Virus record (IMG/VR): IMGVR_UViG_3300030041_000009
Span: 62,001-126,000 of that record
DNA: 64,000 nucleotides
Reading direction: 5' to 3' (one strand)
Part shown: positions 1 through 10,834 of the stretch, piece after piece
Layout: each line of letters starts with the position of its first letter
How positions within the stretch are numbered: position 1 is the stretch's first letter
The notes under the pieces: model-generated
Database searches by the model: none
What the model saw: the letters and a program-made list of their open reading frames with translations, nothing else
Told to the model about the DNA's origin: nothing
Position numbers and translations under genes: made by a program

Positions 1-427
1 TAAGTAAGTATAATATTACTGCACTTACTGCGGTAATAATAACTAAATAATATAAATGATAGAAAAATATTAATGATAGTTGACTTAATACTACTGCTCC
101 TAACGCACTATATTGATGCATATTTGCTGTAAAACTATCAAGTCTGAATGCTGACGCTATGCCTACAAAACAAATTAACCCACAAGCAAAAAACATAAAT
201 CCATCGGTTACTAAGAATAAGGTTGGTATTGCATATCCTAAGCAAAATAAAAGAAATAATGAATTATATTTAATAGGTAAAGTTAATACTACATTATTAT
301 TCCATTTTATTTTTATATATTCATCAGGTAAACTGTAGTAGCTTGCTGATATCGAATTTAACCATCCATATTTTAAAAGAATGAATAAATTGTAAAGTAC
401 AAAAACTGAAATCATTGTTATCCACAT
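1..427 (-). CDS. Multi-pass membrane protein, truncated at window edge (MWITMISVFVLYNLFILLKYGWLNSISASYY...)
   Basis: ATG at 427, open frame to the window start, several hydrophobic segments; read by hand, not in ORF track. Confidence 0.7.
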   Translation of the reverse strand, partial: MWITMISVFVLYNLFILLKYGWLNSISASYYSLPDEYIKIKWNNNVVLTLPIKYNSLFLLFCLGYAIPTLFLVTDGFMFFACGLICFVGIASAFRLDSFTANMHQYSALGAVVLSQLSLIFFYHLYYLVIITAVSAVILYLL

Positions 428-443
428 AATATATTATTGTTTT

Positions 444-3400
444 TTATACGCTCGTAATCGTCTCCCAACCTGTTGCACCACCAATTCTCATCTTATTCAA
501 GGTAGTATCGAAATACATTCCACCTTTAACATATGCTGGTGCTGCTGCAGTAGTTGCTTGTTGTGGCATTATTACTCCCTGAACTACTAAACTACCAGTT
601 GCTCCAACATACGCTTTTTCAACCCCATTATTTCTGAATGAAAATAACTTAGCTGTTGCATTTGCTAAAGCACTTGATGTATCTGTAAATGCTCCTACTG
701 CACTCGCTCCATCAACTACACGAGGATCAATTCTAAATCTTTCAGTAGATACTATTGTACCTGAAATTAATGCTCCTGAAACTGATGTACAGTTGGTTGG
801 GTTATCAGTTATATTTAATAAATTACCACTTACTGCATATGTGGAGTTACCATCAACACGTCTTGACATTATAAGTACAGAACCAGTATTGTTTTGGGTT
901 AATTTATCTACCCCATCACCTATATACATTGCTCCACCAGATGAATTTGTTGATATACCAATAAATCCAACTCCAGTTGTTGATATACCGCCTAATCCAT
1001 AAGAACTACTTGATTGTCCATAAACTCCATAATTATTTGTAGAGTTTCCATTAACTCCAGCACTATTTGTAGAGATTCCTTGAACTCCATAACTATTTGT
1101 AGAGTTTCCATTAACTCCAGTACTATTTGTAGAGTTTCCGTAAACTCCATAACTATTTGTAGAGATTCCATAAACTCCACCACTATTTGTAGAGATTCCT
1201 TGAACTCCATAACTATTTGTAGAGCTTCCATAAACTCCAACATAATTTGTAGAGGTTACATAAATACCCCTTGGAGTCTGTCCATAAATAATATATCTTC
1301 CTAAACCTGTATTTATTGTCCAATCTCCACTCGCAGGAGTTACAACATTTGTCGTACTTAAAGAATTAGAATTTCTATCAACTGTAATTGAACCTCCTCC
1401 TGTTACCGATGCACTTCTTTCAACTACTAACCAATATGAAGTACCATTAACCATCGTATAGTCTCCACCAAACAAGTATTCAACATAAGAAGTCGTTAAT
1501 GTGCCCATTTTAACCTGATCAGAAGTGTATAATAAAGCATTTGGGGCTGTACCTGTATCTGAATATAATTTAAGTCTAATATAATCTGTTGTATTTGTAA
1601 CAGTACCTATTTTCTTCAATCTAACTGATAACGAACCCATTGTGTTTGCAGCACTTGCGGTAAATTTCCAGGCATAGTATTGATTTAAAAGTGGTTCATC
1701 ATTACCTGTAGATACTATATCTTGTTGAAGATTAGTAGCATTCATCACCACGTTTAATCCATAAACAGTGCGTTGATTCTGAGTTTGAGTATTATCTAAG
1801 AAATGTAAAGGAGTTGTATATCCGCCAATACCAGTATTACCCTGTAAAATAGTTTTAGTAATTAATGTATTACCTAATGTTACTGAGTTACTTCCATTAC
1901 CAGTTGCGTTATATCCAATTACTATTTCATTTGAATTGCCATCAGCAGATGCCATTGTATTTGCTCCAATATAGACAGAATTATAAGAATTGATATTAGT
2001 TGTTACCCCTCCAGTTATATAACGACCAGATATATAACCAATAGCAGTATTATATGAAGATACAATATTACTTATCGATGAATAGCCAACAGCAGTATTG
2101 TATGATCCAACTGAATTTGAACTAAGAGAATTACCACCTAATGCAGTATTATAAAAACCAGTAGTATTTAAATTAATAGAATTAATTCCTATCGCAGTGT
2201 TATAATATCCAGTAGAATTTGAACTAAGCGCGCTTGCTCCAATGCCTGTATTATAATACCCAGCTGTGTTAGTGACAAGAACACTTATACCAACTGCTGT
2301 GTTATAATAACCAATAGAATTATTTTGTAGAGTTGCATTACCAATTGATGTATTGGCATAACCGACAGTATTGCTTAAAAGGGAATTAAAACCTATAGAG
2401 ATATTAGAAAATCCAGCTGTATTCGCTTGCATAGCACTACCACCAATTGCAACATTATTAAATCCAGTTGAATTTATCGGTAACGCTCCAGATCCAAGTG
2501 AAGTATTATTAATACCTGTTGTATTATATCTTCCAGAGTTTTTACCTATGAATAAATTTACTGAAGTATTTAAAGAACTACGAATTTCTAATGTATTAGC
2601 AGAAGAACTATCTTGAATAACATAAATAGGAGAATATGATGCAATTAATTTAATTGAAAGTATTATTGTGCCATTAAAATCAGTCGTTGGAGCAATAGTT
2701 AATGTTCCTACTGTTGCAGCTTTAGGACCATATGAGCCTGTTGCTGAATAAGTATAAGATGTAACTCCGCCGAATGTAATCGTAAATGTTCCTGTCGTCC
2801 TATTTGTTACTGTATAAGTTATTTGGTATAAATTACCAACCACTGGAACCAATGTAGAATCAGTTAATGCTGTTGTATTTCCAGTTGAGTGTGTGTATCC
2901 ACCAGCATAAGTTCCAGACCAACCAGTTTGAGTTGCAGTTCCAGTTGCATCGTTCGATACCCAAGTTGCCGTAATATAAAAGTTATTAACATCAATATAT
3001 GTTATTGTGTATGTACCATTATAATTAGTAGTTCCTGATATTACAACATTAGTTGTTGTTCCAGCTGGAAATCCATGAGCATTTGAAGTTACTTCAACTG
3101 TTCCAGCAACAGTAGATCCATAATTTGCAAAAGCAGTTATGCTTTTAGTTGTTGCTAATCCCCAAGTATCTCCAGAAGCTGTTAATTCAGTTCCTAACGT
3201 AGCAGATTCTAATGCGGTTGTAGATTTTTGAGTAAGCATAGACGTTGGAGTTACTCCAATACCTACGTTCCCTGAACTATCAATAGAAATTCTTTCAACT
3301 CCTACGGTACTCAACCCCATAGAAGTAAATGCACTTGAGTTAGCAAGTACAAGTTTTGCTCCATTCCTAGTTAGAGCTTGATTAGAAGCTAATAGAAGTC

Positions 3401-6400
3401 CATAATTGGTATTTAAAACATTTATGTGCCCATTATTTACTTCAAGTAATTGTCCAGGAGTAGTTGTTCCAATTCCAACATTTCCATTTGCTAAAACTTT
3501 AATACCAGTTGTACCTCCACCAGTTAACAATCCACCAGTTATTAAATTTCCACCTTGAACTTCTTTTAACGAAAACGTACCCAATGTGAATGTCTGTCCT
3601 GATACCAAAGTAGAAGTAATAACAAAATCAGTAGGTGTAGTAGCTGCTTTAAAATAAGTAGTTTGTGCTCCAGCTGTTATAGTAAGAGAAGTTGTTGATC
3701 CGCCAAAAGATGTTGTTATTGATGCAGATGGAGTTCCAGAAATAGCTGATACTGTATAAACAAATTTATACCATCTATATCCTACTCCTGCAACTGTTAA
3801 ATTAGCATTCGTTTGTGTAAGAGTTGAAGCAGTTCCACCAGAAAAAGTCCAAGTTGCGTTATTAGATACTAAAGTACAATCATTTGTTGCAGTCCAAGAA
3901 GTTCCACCAGATAACGTACCATTAGTTAAGCTTTCAGAACCTAAAGTTGTTGGATCAATAATATTTTGTGAACCACCCCAAACTGATAATTTTTGGTCTG
4001 GAGTGGTAGCTCCAATCCCGACGTTGCCATTATTTAAGATAACCATCACATCACCATCAACTGAACTTGTAATATTGAAATAATCAATTATTCCACTTTT
4101 ATAAATATTAAATCTTGCGTTAGGGGTTGATGAAGTTCCAAATCCTACATTTCCACTACTTCTAATTTGCATTATCTTAGTAGAGCCTTGATTAATGAAT
4201 AATCCACTACTACCATTAGCAGAACCGATATCAAAATATGAACCACCAGTATTAATGTCTCTAATCCTTAAAATTGAATTAATAGATATATTTGCAGAGT
4301 TACTTATTTCTAATAACGTTCCTGGAGTAGTAGTTCCAATCCCGACATTACCTCCAGATTTTATTCTTAAATTTTCTACATTGTTAGTTCCAAATATAAG
4401 GTCAGAACTTCCAACCGTACCAATAGTTAAATTTCTAAGAGTGCCACCTACTCCATTTAAATTATTAAATAAATAATTAGATGTACTTCTTGCAAATCCA
4501 AATAAAGTATTAGTATTAGTATCGGCTGGCGTTGAAAATGCCATATATTCATTTTTATTATTATTAAAAATGGCAAATCTAAAATCAGAGGCTGTTCCTG
4601 AATTAGAATTATACATTTGAACACCAGATGACCCTGTCGCGTTATCAGCAATTAAAACTTTAGCCGTACCAGTTCCTCCTCCATAATCAGAAGGTGTACC
4701 AAAACCTCCAATATCAACTGACGCATTAGGATTATTTGTAGTAATACCTAAATAGTGATGAACAGAATCAACAAACAGAGTATTTGTATCTACTGTTAAA
4801 TTATTAACACCTAAGTTTATTGTATTTGTATTTCCTGTGACTGGAATATAAGTAGAAGTGTCATAACTAATAGTTCCTGATGTGCTTTTTACAAATCCAG
4901 TTCCGCTTAATGCAACTTGTCTTGAAGTATCAACTGGATGAACATGTGCTCCATCAGCCCATTTACCACTTGCTCCAATTGCAGCAATTCCATTTATTAA
5001 AGGAGTTGTTGTAGCTACAACAGGAACTGATCCAATTGTTATATAATTAGATGGGTTAGTTGCGTTATAAGGAGTAAATCCTAAAGCCGTTGTAATATCA
5101 CCACTTAAAAAAGCACGTGTTTTTAATGAATAAGTTGCAGCATCATAGTAAGTAAATTGTGTATCTGTAGGTGTTTCTTGAATAGCTGCTAATTTCAATA
5201 AACTACCTACGTCTCCAACTCTTGCAAAGCCTTTATTATCAAAGACTAATTGACCATCATTAGATCCGTCATATAATTTAGCTGTAAATCCTGCATATTG
5301 TCCATCAGGTAATCCAGAAGTTGCTCCACTTCTCAAATAAATATAATCTTTAGTAGTGTATATTTGTTCTGTATGAGTTTCATATGTTGATCCTGATTGA
5401 ATAATATTTCCATCAATATGAAATGACCCACCATTATCTGTATAGACAAAAGGAGTTGTACCATTTGGTTGAAATAATTGATAATGACTATGACCAGTAT
5501 TTGAATATGTAGTTATATCAATAGTTCCATCAGCCTTTAAAAATTGATTAGATGTACCACCAGATTTAATAATTGAACTAGCTGTTAAATTATTATATCC
5601 TAAGTCTATATTTGATGTAGATCCAGTATAAGGTACATAATTATTTATAATATTCTGTGTTAATCCTGTAATTAAATTATTTAAAAATGTGTCTCCTGAA
5701 ATTCTATTAAATGTTTCACCTGTTAATAAATTATAATTATCCGTAACTGTTGATGTCAATCCAGTAATTAAATTATTTAATATTGTGTCTCCGCTTATTC
5801 TATCAAATGTTTCACCTGTTAATAATTCATTTAAAAAAGTGTCTCCGCTTATTCTATCAAATGTTTCACCAGTTAGTAAATTATTCAATAATGTATCTCC
5901 TGAAATTCTATTATTAATTTCATTATTCATTTGATTTTGAGCATTTATTGATAACTCTTCAATTAAATCATTTAATACTGTATCTCCACTTATTCTATTA
6001 AATGTTTCACCTGTTAATAAATTATAATTATTATTAACTGTTGAAGTTAATCCTGTAATTAAATCATTTAATACTGTGTCTCCAGAAATTCTATCAAATG
6101 TTTCACCAGTTAATAATTCAGTTAAAAATGTATCTCCTGAAATTCTATCAAATGTTTCACCTGTTAATAATTCATTTAAAAATGTATCACCTGATAATCT
6201 ATCAAATGTTTCACCTGTTAATAAATTATTCAAATATGTATCACCACTTATTCTATCAAATGTTTCACCAGTAAATAAATTAAAATCAGTATATGATGTT
6301 GAATCAATAGATCCATCAGCTTTTAAAAATTGAGTTGAAGTTCCTCCTGTTACAGATATTGTATTTGAAATAATATTTCCAATTACTGTTGTATTACCTG

Positions 6401-6902
6401 TTATATTAACATTACCATTTATATCTAATGTATTACCATCATATGTTAGTCCTGTATAACCAATTATTGAATTATTATTATATAATAATACTTGATTATT
6501 ACTTACATTTTGAGTATCTAACATTTTTTTATTAGAGAAAAATAACGGAGTAATATCTAATATAGGATTTTCGGTATTTAATATGAAATAACTATCATTA
6601 TATGTATCTCCTGATAAAATATAAATGTTAATTCCAGCAAATATATCATCACTTGTAGAAAAATCATTTGCTCGTAATAAAACGCCATCAGAACCTGTAC
6701 CAACATTTGAAACAATATAAATACCATTATCTATCTGATCTATCTGATTTATGACTAATATTCTATCATTTAAATTTAAAGATACTCCATCAATTACATT
6801 AGTTGACCCTGTTAAATTTACATTTTCTAATGTCGCAACGATACAAGGTTTTTTAAAACTTAATCCTTTTAATCTATCATTCGCATCTAATCTTGTACTC
6901 AT
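444..6902 (-). CDS. Giant tail fibre / receptor-binding protein (2152 aa)
   Basis: N-terminal phage fibre module (CIVAT..IDGV.L..NDRILV..Q...NGIY), 18-aa LTGETFDRISGDT repeats, GNVGIGTTTP shaft repeats, NTAVG beta-helix repeats, 10-aa GVYGxSTNSY repeats. Confidence 0.8.
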   Translation of the reverse strand: MSTRLDANDRLKGLSFKKPCIVATLENVNLTGSTNVIDGVSLNLNDRILVINQIDQIDNGIYIVSNVGTGSDGVLLRANDFSTSDDIFAGINIYILSGDTYNDSYFILNTENPILDITPLFFSNKKMLDTQNVSNNQVLLYNNNSIIGYTGLTYDGNTLDINGNVNITGNTTVIGNIISNTISVTGGTSTQFLKADGSIDSTSYTDFNLFTGETFDRISGDTYLNNLLTGETFDRLSGDTFLNELLTGETFDRISGDTFLTELLTGETFDRISGDTVLNDLITGLTSTVNNNYNLLTGETFNRISGDTVLNDLIEELSINAQNQMNNEINNRISGDTLLNNLLTGETFDRISGDTFLNELLTGETFDRISGDTILNNLITGLTSTVTDNYNLLTGETFNRISGDTFLNNLITGLTQNIINNYVPYTGSTSNIDLGYNNLTASSIIKSGGTSNQFLKADGTIDITTYSNTGHSHYQLFQPNGTTPFVYTDNGGSFHIDGNIIQSGSTYETHTEQIYTTKDYIYLRSGATSGLPDGQYAGFTAKLYDGSNDGQLVFDNKGFARVGDVGSLLKLAAIQETPTDTQFTYYDAATYSLKTRAFLSGDITTALGFTPYNATNPSNYITIGSVPVVATTTPLINGIAAIGASGKWADGAHVHPVDTSRQVALSGTGFVKSTSGTISYDTSTYIPVTGNTNTINLGVNNLTVDTNTLFVDSVHHYLGITTNNPNASVDIGGFGTPSDYGGGTGTAKVLIADNATGSSGVQMYNSNSGTASDFRFAIFNNNKNEYMAFSTPADTNTNTLFGFARSTSNYLFNNLNGVGGTLRNLTIGTVGSSDLIFGTNNVENLRIKSGGNVGIGTTTPGTLLEISNSANISINSILRIRDINTGGSYFDIGSANGSSGLFINQGSTKIMQIRSSGNVGFGTSSTPNARFNIYKSGIIDYFNITSSVDGDVMVILNNGNVGIGATTPDQKLSVWGGSQNIIDPTTLGSESLTNGTLSGGTSWTATNDCTLVSNNATWTFSGGTASTLTQTNANLTVAGVGYRWYKFVYTVSAISGTPSASITTSFGGSTTSLTITAGAQTTYFKAATTPTDFVITSTLVSGQTFTLGTFSLKEVQGGNLITGGLLTGGGTTGIKVLANGNVGIGTTTPGQLLEVNNGHINVLNTNYGLLLASNQALTRNGAKLVLANSSAFTSMGLSTVGVERISIDSSGNVGIGVTPTSMLTQKSTTALESATLGTELTASGDTWGLATTKSITAFANYGSTVAGTVEVTSNAHGFPAGTTTNVVISGTTNYNGTYTITYIDVNNFYITATWVSNDATGTATQTGWSGTYAGGYTHSTGNTTALTDSTLVPVVGNLYQITYTVTNRTTGTFTITFGGVTSYTYSATGSYGPKAATVGTLTIAPTTDFNGTIILSIKLIASYSPIYVIQDSSSANTLEIRSSLNTSVNLFIGKNSGRYNTTGINNTSLGSGALPINSTGFNNVAIGGSAMQANTAGFSNISIGFNSLLSNTVGYANTSIGNATLQNNSIGYYNTAVGISVLVTNTAGYYNTGIGASALSSNSTGYYNTAIGINSINLNTTGFYNTALGGNSLSSNSVGSYNTAVGYSSISNIVSSYNTAIGYISGRYITGGVTTNINSYNSVYIGANTMASADGNSNEIVIGYNATGNGSNSVTLGNTLITKTILQGNTGIGGYTTPLHFLDNTQTQNQRTVYGLNVVMNATNLQQDIVSTGNDEPLLNQYYAWKFTASAANTMGSLSVRLKKIGTVTNTTDYIRLKLYSDTGTAPNALLYTSDQVKMGTLTTSYVEYLFGGDYTMVNGTSYWLVVERSASVTGGGSITVDRNSNSLSTTNVVTPASGDWTINTGLGRYIIYGQTPRGIYVTSTNYVGVYGSSTNSYGVQGISTNSGGVYGISTNSYGVYGNSTNSTGVNGNSTNSYGVQGISTNSAGVNGNSTNNYGVYGQSSSSYGLGGISTTGVGFIGISTNSSGGAMYIGDGVDKLTQNNTGSVLIMSRRVDGNSTYAVSGNLLNITDNPTNCTSVSGALISGTIVSTERFRIDPRVVDGASAVGAFTDTSSALANATAKLFSFRNNGVEKAYVGATGSLVVQGVIMPQQATTAAAPAYVKGGMYFDTTLNKMRIGGATGWETITSV
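1021..1263 (-). repeat. 30-bp in-frame tandem repeat, about 8 copies (GVxGxSTNSx)
   Basis: actcca...tatttgtagag unit recurs every 30 bp. Confidence 0.9.
5660..6280 (-). repeat. About 54-bp (18-aa) in-frame repeats LTGETF(D/N)RISGDTxLN in the fibre
   Basis: attctatcaaatgtttcacc(t/a)gt recurs repeatedly. Confidence 0.9.
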
Positions 6903-6939
6903 TATTTTTAATTTATTTTTATTTATATTATATATAAAA

Positions 6940-7000
6940 TTATGTTATTGATAATTTATGTTATTGATAATTTATGTTATTGATAATTTATGTTATTGAT
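6940..7000. repeat. 16-bp tandem repeat ttatgttattgataat, about 3.8 copies, reiterating the 3' end/stop of the 6988..8346 gene
   Basis: Units at 6940, 6956, 6972 and a partial unit at 6988. Confidence 0.9.
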
Positions 7001-8346
7001 ATTATCAAACCATTAACAATATTTAATGTTTTTATTGTTCCATAATTATCAACAACAATATTTTGATTAATAGTAATTCCATTATGATAATTTGTGCCTA
7101 TACTACCAAACAATCTTAAAATATAATTATATTTAGGCGGAATTTTAATAAATGTTAAAGTTAATCCAGAGATATAATAGTCATTATTATATGTTTGTAA
7201 TTGTCCATCTACATAAAACATATGATTTTCACTTACAATTTCATTTGATAATATAAAATTTTTATTTACTCCATCTTGAATTCCAGAAATATCAATTTCG
7301 TTTATAATATCTCCATTTATACCTGATGTACCATTTGTTCCAGAACTACCTGATGAACCTGAACTACCTGATGACCCTGAACTACCTGATGACCCTGATG
7401 ATCCGCTTGTACCGTTTGTTCCTGATGTACCAAAAACACCGCCATGCTGAGTAATAAACAATCTTAAAATATCACTCTCTTTAGGAGGATTTTTAATAAA
7501 TGTTAAAGTTAATCCAGAAACATAATAATCGTTATTATATGTTTGTAATTGACCATCAACATAAAACATATGATTTTCACTAATACCACTTGATGATATA
7601 AAATTCTTATTTATACCATCTTGAATTCCAGTAATTGTAATTTCAAGAGACTCACTACCAGAAGCTCCTGATGTTCCATCTGTTCCTGATGTTCCATCTG
7701 TTCCTGATGTACCAAAAACACCGCCATGCTGTGTGATGAATAATCTTAAAATATCACTTTCTTTAGGTGGTATTTTAATAAATGTTAAAGTTAATCCAGA
7801 AACATAATAATCGTTATTATATGTTTGTAATTGACCATCAACATAAAACATGTGGATATAACTGACTCCGCTAGATAATATAAAATTCTTATTTATACCA
7901 TCTTGAACTCCAGTAATTGTAAGTTCAAGAGTTTCACTACCAGAAGCTCCTGATGTACCATTTTCTCCATCTATTCCTGATGTGCCACTTGTTCCTTGAG
8001 TATTACCAGAATAATTCCAATCTGTATCCGAAGTTAAAATTATATTTGTTAAACCACTTGTGATTACACCTTTAATTATAGAATATCTAGCGATATTTTG
8101 CCCAATGGCAACAGCAGTAAAATCTACATCAGTGTTTGGTATTCTACCTTCTTGAGTATTACCAGAATAATCAAAATCATAATAAATTGAGGTTCTTCCA
8201 GATATATATCCTGTTATTGGATGTCCATTAGAATCATTAATAAGTGTAGCATTTATACTTCCAAAATTATCTGAAAAATAAAGCCAATATTTACTGGTCA
8301 AATCTGCTATTAACGAATTATTTGGAAGTATTACTCCAGTTGACAT
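6988..8346 (-). CDS. Virion fibre/collar protein with GTS/GSS collagen-like triplets and three repeated beta domains
   Basis: (GSS/GTS)n tracts; three copies of ITGxQDGINKNF...HMFYVDGQLQTYNNDYYVSGLTLTF. Confidence 0.7.
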   Translation of the reverse strand: MSTGVILPNNSLIADLTSKYWLYFSDNFGSINATLINDSNGHPITGYISGRTSIYYDFDYSGNTQEGRIPNTDVDFTAVAIGQNIARYSIIKGVITSGLTNIILTSDTDWNYSGNTQGTSGTSGIDGENGTSGASGSETLELTITGVQDGINKNFILSSGVSYIHMFYVDGQLQTYNNDYYVSGLTLTFIKIPPKESDILRLFITQHGGVFGTSGTDGTSGTDGTSGASGSESLEITITGIQDGINKNFISSSGISENHMFYVDGQLQTYNNDYYVSGLTLTFIKNPPKESDILRLFITQHGGVFGTSGTNGTSGSSGSSGSSGSSGSSGSSGSSGTNGTSGINGDIINEIDISGIQDGVNKNFILSNEIVSENHMFYVDGQLQTYNNDYYISGLTLTFIKIPPKYNYILRLFGSIGTNYHNGITINQNIVVDNYGTIKTLNIVNGLIISIT

Positions 8347-8451
8347 TAAACTTAATTTTTTATTATATATTAAAAAAAGAAGATCAAAATTTTAATATAT
8401 AATTCTATATTTTTTTATTAATATATAGAATATAAAAAATAAATAATTAAT

Positions 8452-9012
8452 ATGGATTTATTTAACAATAAAGAGAATGATATTTTAAAATTTAAAATAA
8501 ATAGTGATGGCATTAACGTAAATGATGTTGAGCCAAGATTAATATTAATGACAAAAGAAAATAAAAATGTTCTTTTAATAGGTAAGATTGAAAATGATAT
8601 TTGTAGATTTGAAATTCCTAAATTGAGTCTATATGAAAAAGGTGATAATGGAAAAATAAAATTTGAAATTATATCAGAAGATTTATATTTTCCAGTGTGG
8701 CAAGATAATTTTGAAATAAAAAGTAAAGCTTCTATTAAAATAGAAGAAATGGTATCTGAAATTCAAAAACCTTCAAATAAACCAAGAATATCTGTATCAG
8801 AAACAAAATTTGAAAATAAACCAATTGTTGAAAAAAAAGTTGAAAAAAAAGTTGAAAAAGTAGTCGAGAAAAATGACACAATCTCAAAATTGGAAGCAGC
8901 TTTTGAGAAAAAAATAGAAATTGTTGAAGAAGATGTTGATGAAGAAACAGAAAAATCTAAAAAAGAAGAAAAAGTAGTTTCCAGTATAATGAAATTTGAT
9001 TCATTTAAATAA
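8452..9012 (+). CDS. Hypothetical protein with K/E-rich C-terminus
   Basis: ORF with TTAATATATA motif upstream and a terminator downstream. Confidence 0.6.
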   Translation: MDLFNNKENDILKFKINSDGINVNDVEPRLILMTKENKNVLLIGKIENDICRFEIPKLSLYEKGDNGKIKFEIISEDLYFPVWQDNFEIKSKASIKIEEMVSEIQKPSNKPRISVSETKFENKPIVEKKVEKKVEKVVEKNDTISKLEAAFEKKIEIVEEDVDEETEKSKKEEKVVSSIMKFDSFK

Positions 9013-9025
9013 CTTAAATATTTAT

Positions 9026-9058
9026 AAAAAAAGATGTAATATAAATTACATCTTTTTT
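9026..9058. terminator. Bidirectional rho-independent terminator
   Basis: aaaaaagatgtaat-ataa-attacatctttttt between convergent genes. Confidence 0.8.
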
Positions 9059-9395
9059 ATTTTATTATTTCTACTGTGAATTTTTTATTTGTTTTTAATA
9101 ATATTTCTGCTTCAATATGTTCTTTTAATAATTTAACTTCAATTTTTTTAAATGCTTTTAATTTTGCTCCTTTCCAATCAACAAACACTTTTATGTAGTC
9201 AATTTCTTCTTCTTTATGCTTTCTAAGTTCATCATAGAATGCTTCATCATTATCATATGAATGAACAACATTAGCACTCGATCCTCCTCTTTTTCTAAAT
9301 ATTATTTGATACTTAATTTGTATCATTCCTTTTGTAATATTAGAAATATTCAATAAACCTTTAGTTACTAAATTTGTTGTTATGTGATTAATCAT
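9057..9395 (-). CDS. Hypothetical protein
   Basis: ORF in structural operon. Confidence 0.55.
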   Translation of the reverse strand: MINHITTNLVTKGLLNISNITKGMIQIKYQIIFRKRGGSSANVVHSYDNDEAFYDELRKHKEEEIDYIKVFVDWKGAKLKAFKKIEVKLLKEHIEAEILLKTNKKFTVEIIK

Positions 9396-9403
9396 AATAA
9401 GAA

Positions 9404-10021
9404 TTAATTTTTAACTACTTTATAATCAATTAATAATCCATTATCATCATAAGCCGCATTCATTGTATAATTAGCAAAACTATTAACATTATTATTACAA
9501 TCAGTTTTAGTATTAAATAATTTTATTGTAACTGATGTCAATCTAAAATCATCATCATAAACATGATTACTTAATCTATAATTTTGCTGTGATAATCCTA
9601 ATATATGTTTAACATCAAATGAAATATCTATGATAGTATTATTCATATCTGATAATGTTTCTGTAATACCAGTTAAACTATCAATACTAGGTATATCAGA
9701 ATTTTTTGATAATATTGTAGAATTTATATTTAGATAAGGAATATCATAATCATCTGAATATAAATTATCTTGTATTGCTACATTTAAATTTTCTATTTTA
9801 ACTATCCAATTATTAGTTAAAAAAAAGTAGCTTGGAGCATTTTGATTTAATGTAGTTGGATCACCACCAAATGATCTGAATGCAGCTAGCCATTTAGAAT
9901 TATCTCCTTCTAATACCCATTGCTTCCATTCTAAATATAAATCAGTTTTAACATCAATACTTGTTACTCCACTATTTATAGTTATTATTTTTGCTGATCC
10001 ATCAAAAGTTACTTTACTCAT
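9404..10021 (-). CDS. Putative virion structural protein
   Basis: VTFDG..KII...DLY.EWK.W...GGDP...YFFL.N.W pattern typical of phage hypotheticals; structural context. Confidence 0.55.
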   Translation of the reverse strand: MSKVTFDGSAKIITINSGVTSIDVKTDLYLEWKQWVLEGDNSKWLAAFRSFGGDPTTLNQNAPSYFFLTNNWIVKIENLNVAIQDNLYSDDYDIPYLNINSTILSKNSDIPSIDSLTGITETLSDMNNTIIDISFDVKHILGLSQQNYRLSNHVYDDDFRLTSVTIKLFNTKTDCNNNVNSFANYTMNAAYDDNGLLIDYKVVKN

Positions 10022-10074
10022 TTATTTATTTAATTTTTACTAATTTATATATTTATTTTATTAGGTCAATAATA

Positions 10075-10815
10075 TTAATAAATATTAGAATTATAATTAT
10101 TTGGATCATAAACAGCATCTACAAGAAAATAATAAACAATCTCATAATTTGTACTATTTATTAAAGATAATTTTATGCAATAATAACCTGGTATAGAAAT
10201 TTCTTGATACTCATTATTATTTAATAAATTTGATCCTATAATTAAAACATTTATCATATATTTATTGATACAATAATCAATATTATCAATCACATAGCAT
10301 ATACAATTATAAATTATATCAACTTTATTAATTATATTTTTATCAAATTCAAAAAGATTAAATGTTACGCCAGAATAAATATTAATTCCTGATGTTATAC
10401 CAGTTGCTCCAGAAAAATCAATAGTATTTCCTGTCAATCCTGAATTAAAAATATTACAATTAAATATTATTTCAGGAGAACTATCATTTACAACAATATT
10501 ATAAATATATGATGTAGTTATATTTCCAACAGAATCTGAAATTGAAATATATATAAAATATTGTCCATATTTTGTTAATTCATATAATTGTATATTTGTA
10601 CCTTTCTCATATAACTCAAAAGTTATATTATCTAATGGTATATTCACTGAAATGCAACCAGTTATTCCACTAATGAATAGATGTTTTAAACTATTTAATG
10701 TCCAACCTGTAACACTATCATGATATAAATGCAAATATGCATTATGTGGTACAGTAGTTCCACTACCAATCCAAGTAGTTCCACTTATAGGAGAATTATA
10801 ATATATAATAGTCAT
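10075..10815 (-). CDS. Putative virion structural protein, rich in [ST]GxT
   Basis: ORF; about 9 [ST]GxT motifs in 246 aa. Confidence 0.55.
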   Translation of the reverse strand: MTIIYYNSPISGTTWIGSGTTVPHNAYLHLYHDSVTGWTLNSLKHLFISGITGCISVNIPLDNITFELYEKGTNIQLYELTKYGQYFIYISISDSVGNITTSYIYNIVVNDSSPEIIFNCNIFNSGLTGNTIDFSGATGITSGINIYSGVTFNLFEFDKNIINKVDIIYNCICYVIDNIDYCINKYMINVLIIGSNLLNNNEYQEISIPGYYCIKLSLINSTNYEIVYYFLVDAVYDPNNYNSNIY

Positions 10816-10834
10816 TTATAATTAATTTTTATTT

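Noticed and set aside
1021-1263. CRISPR array or DGR variable/template repeat in the fibre C-terminus
   Set aside because: Contiguous in-frame 30-bp coding repeats with no spacers; no reverse transcriptase in the window.
793-6951. Alternative-frame and antisense ORFs inside the fibre gene (793, 992, 1014, 2371, 4195, 4457, 6076, 6751) and similar shadow ORFs elsewhere (e.g. 16247, 17060, 27421, 50924, 57574)
   Set aside because: Shadows of repeats or codon bias within longer, well-supported genes.
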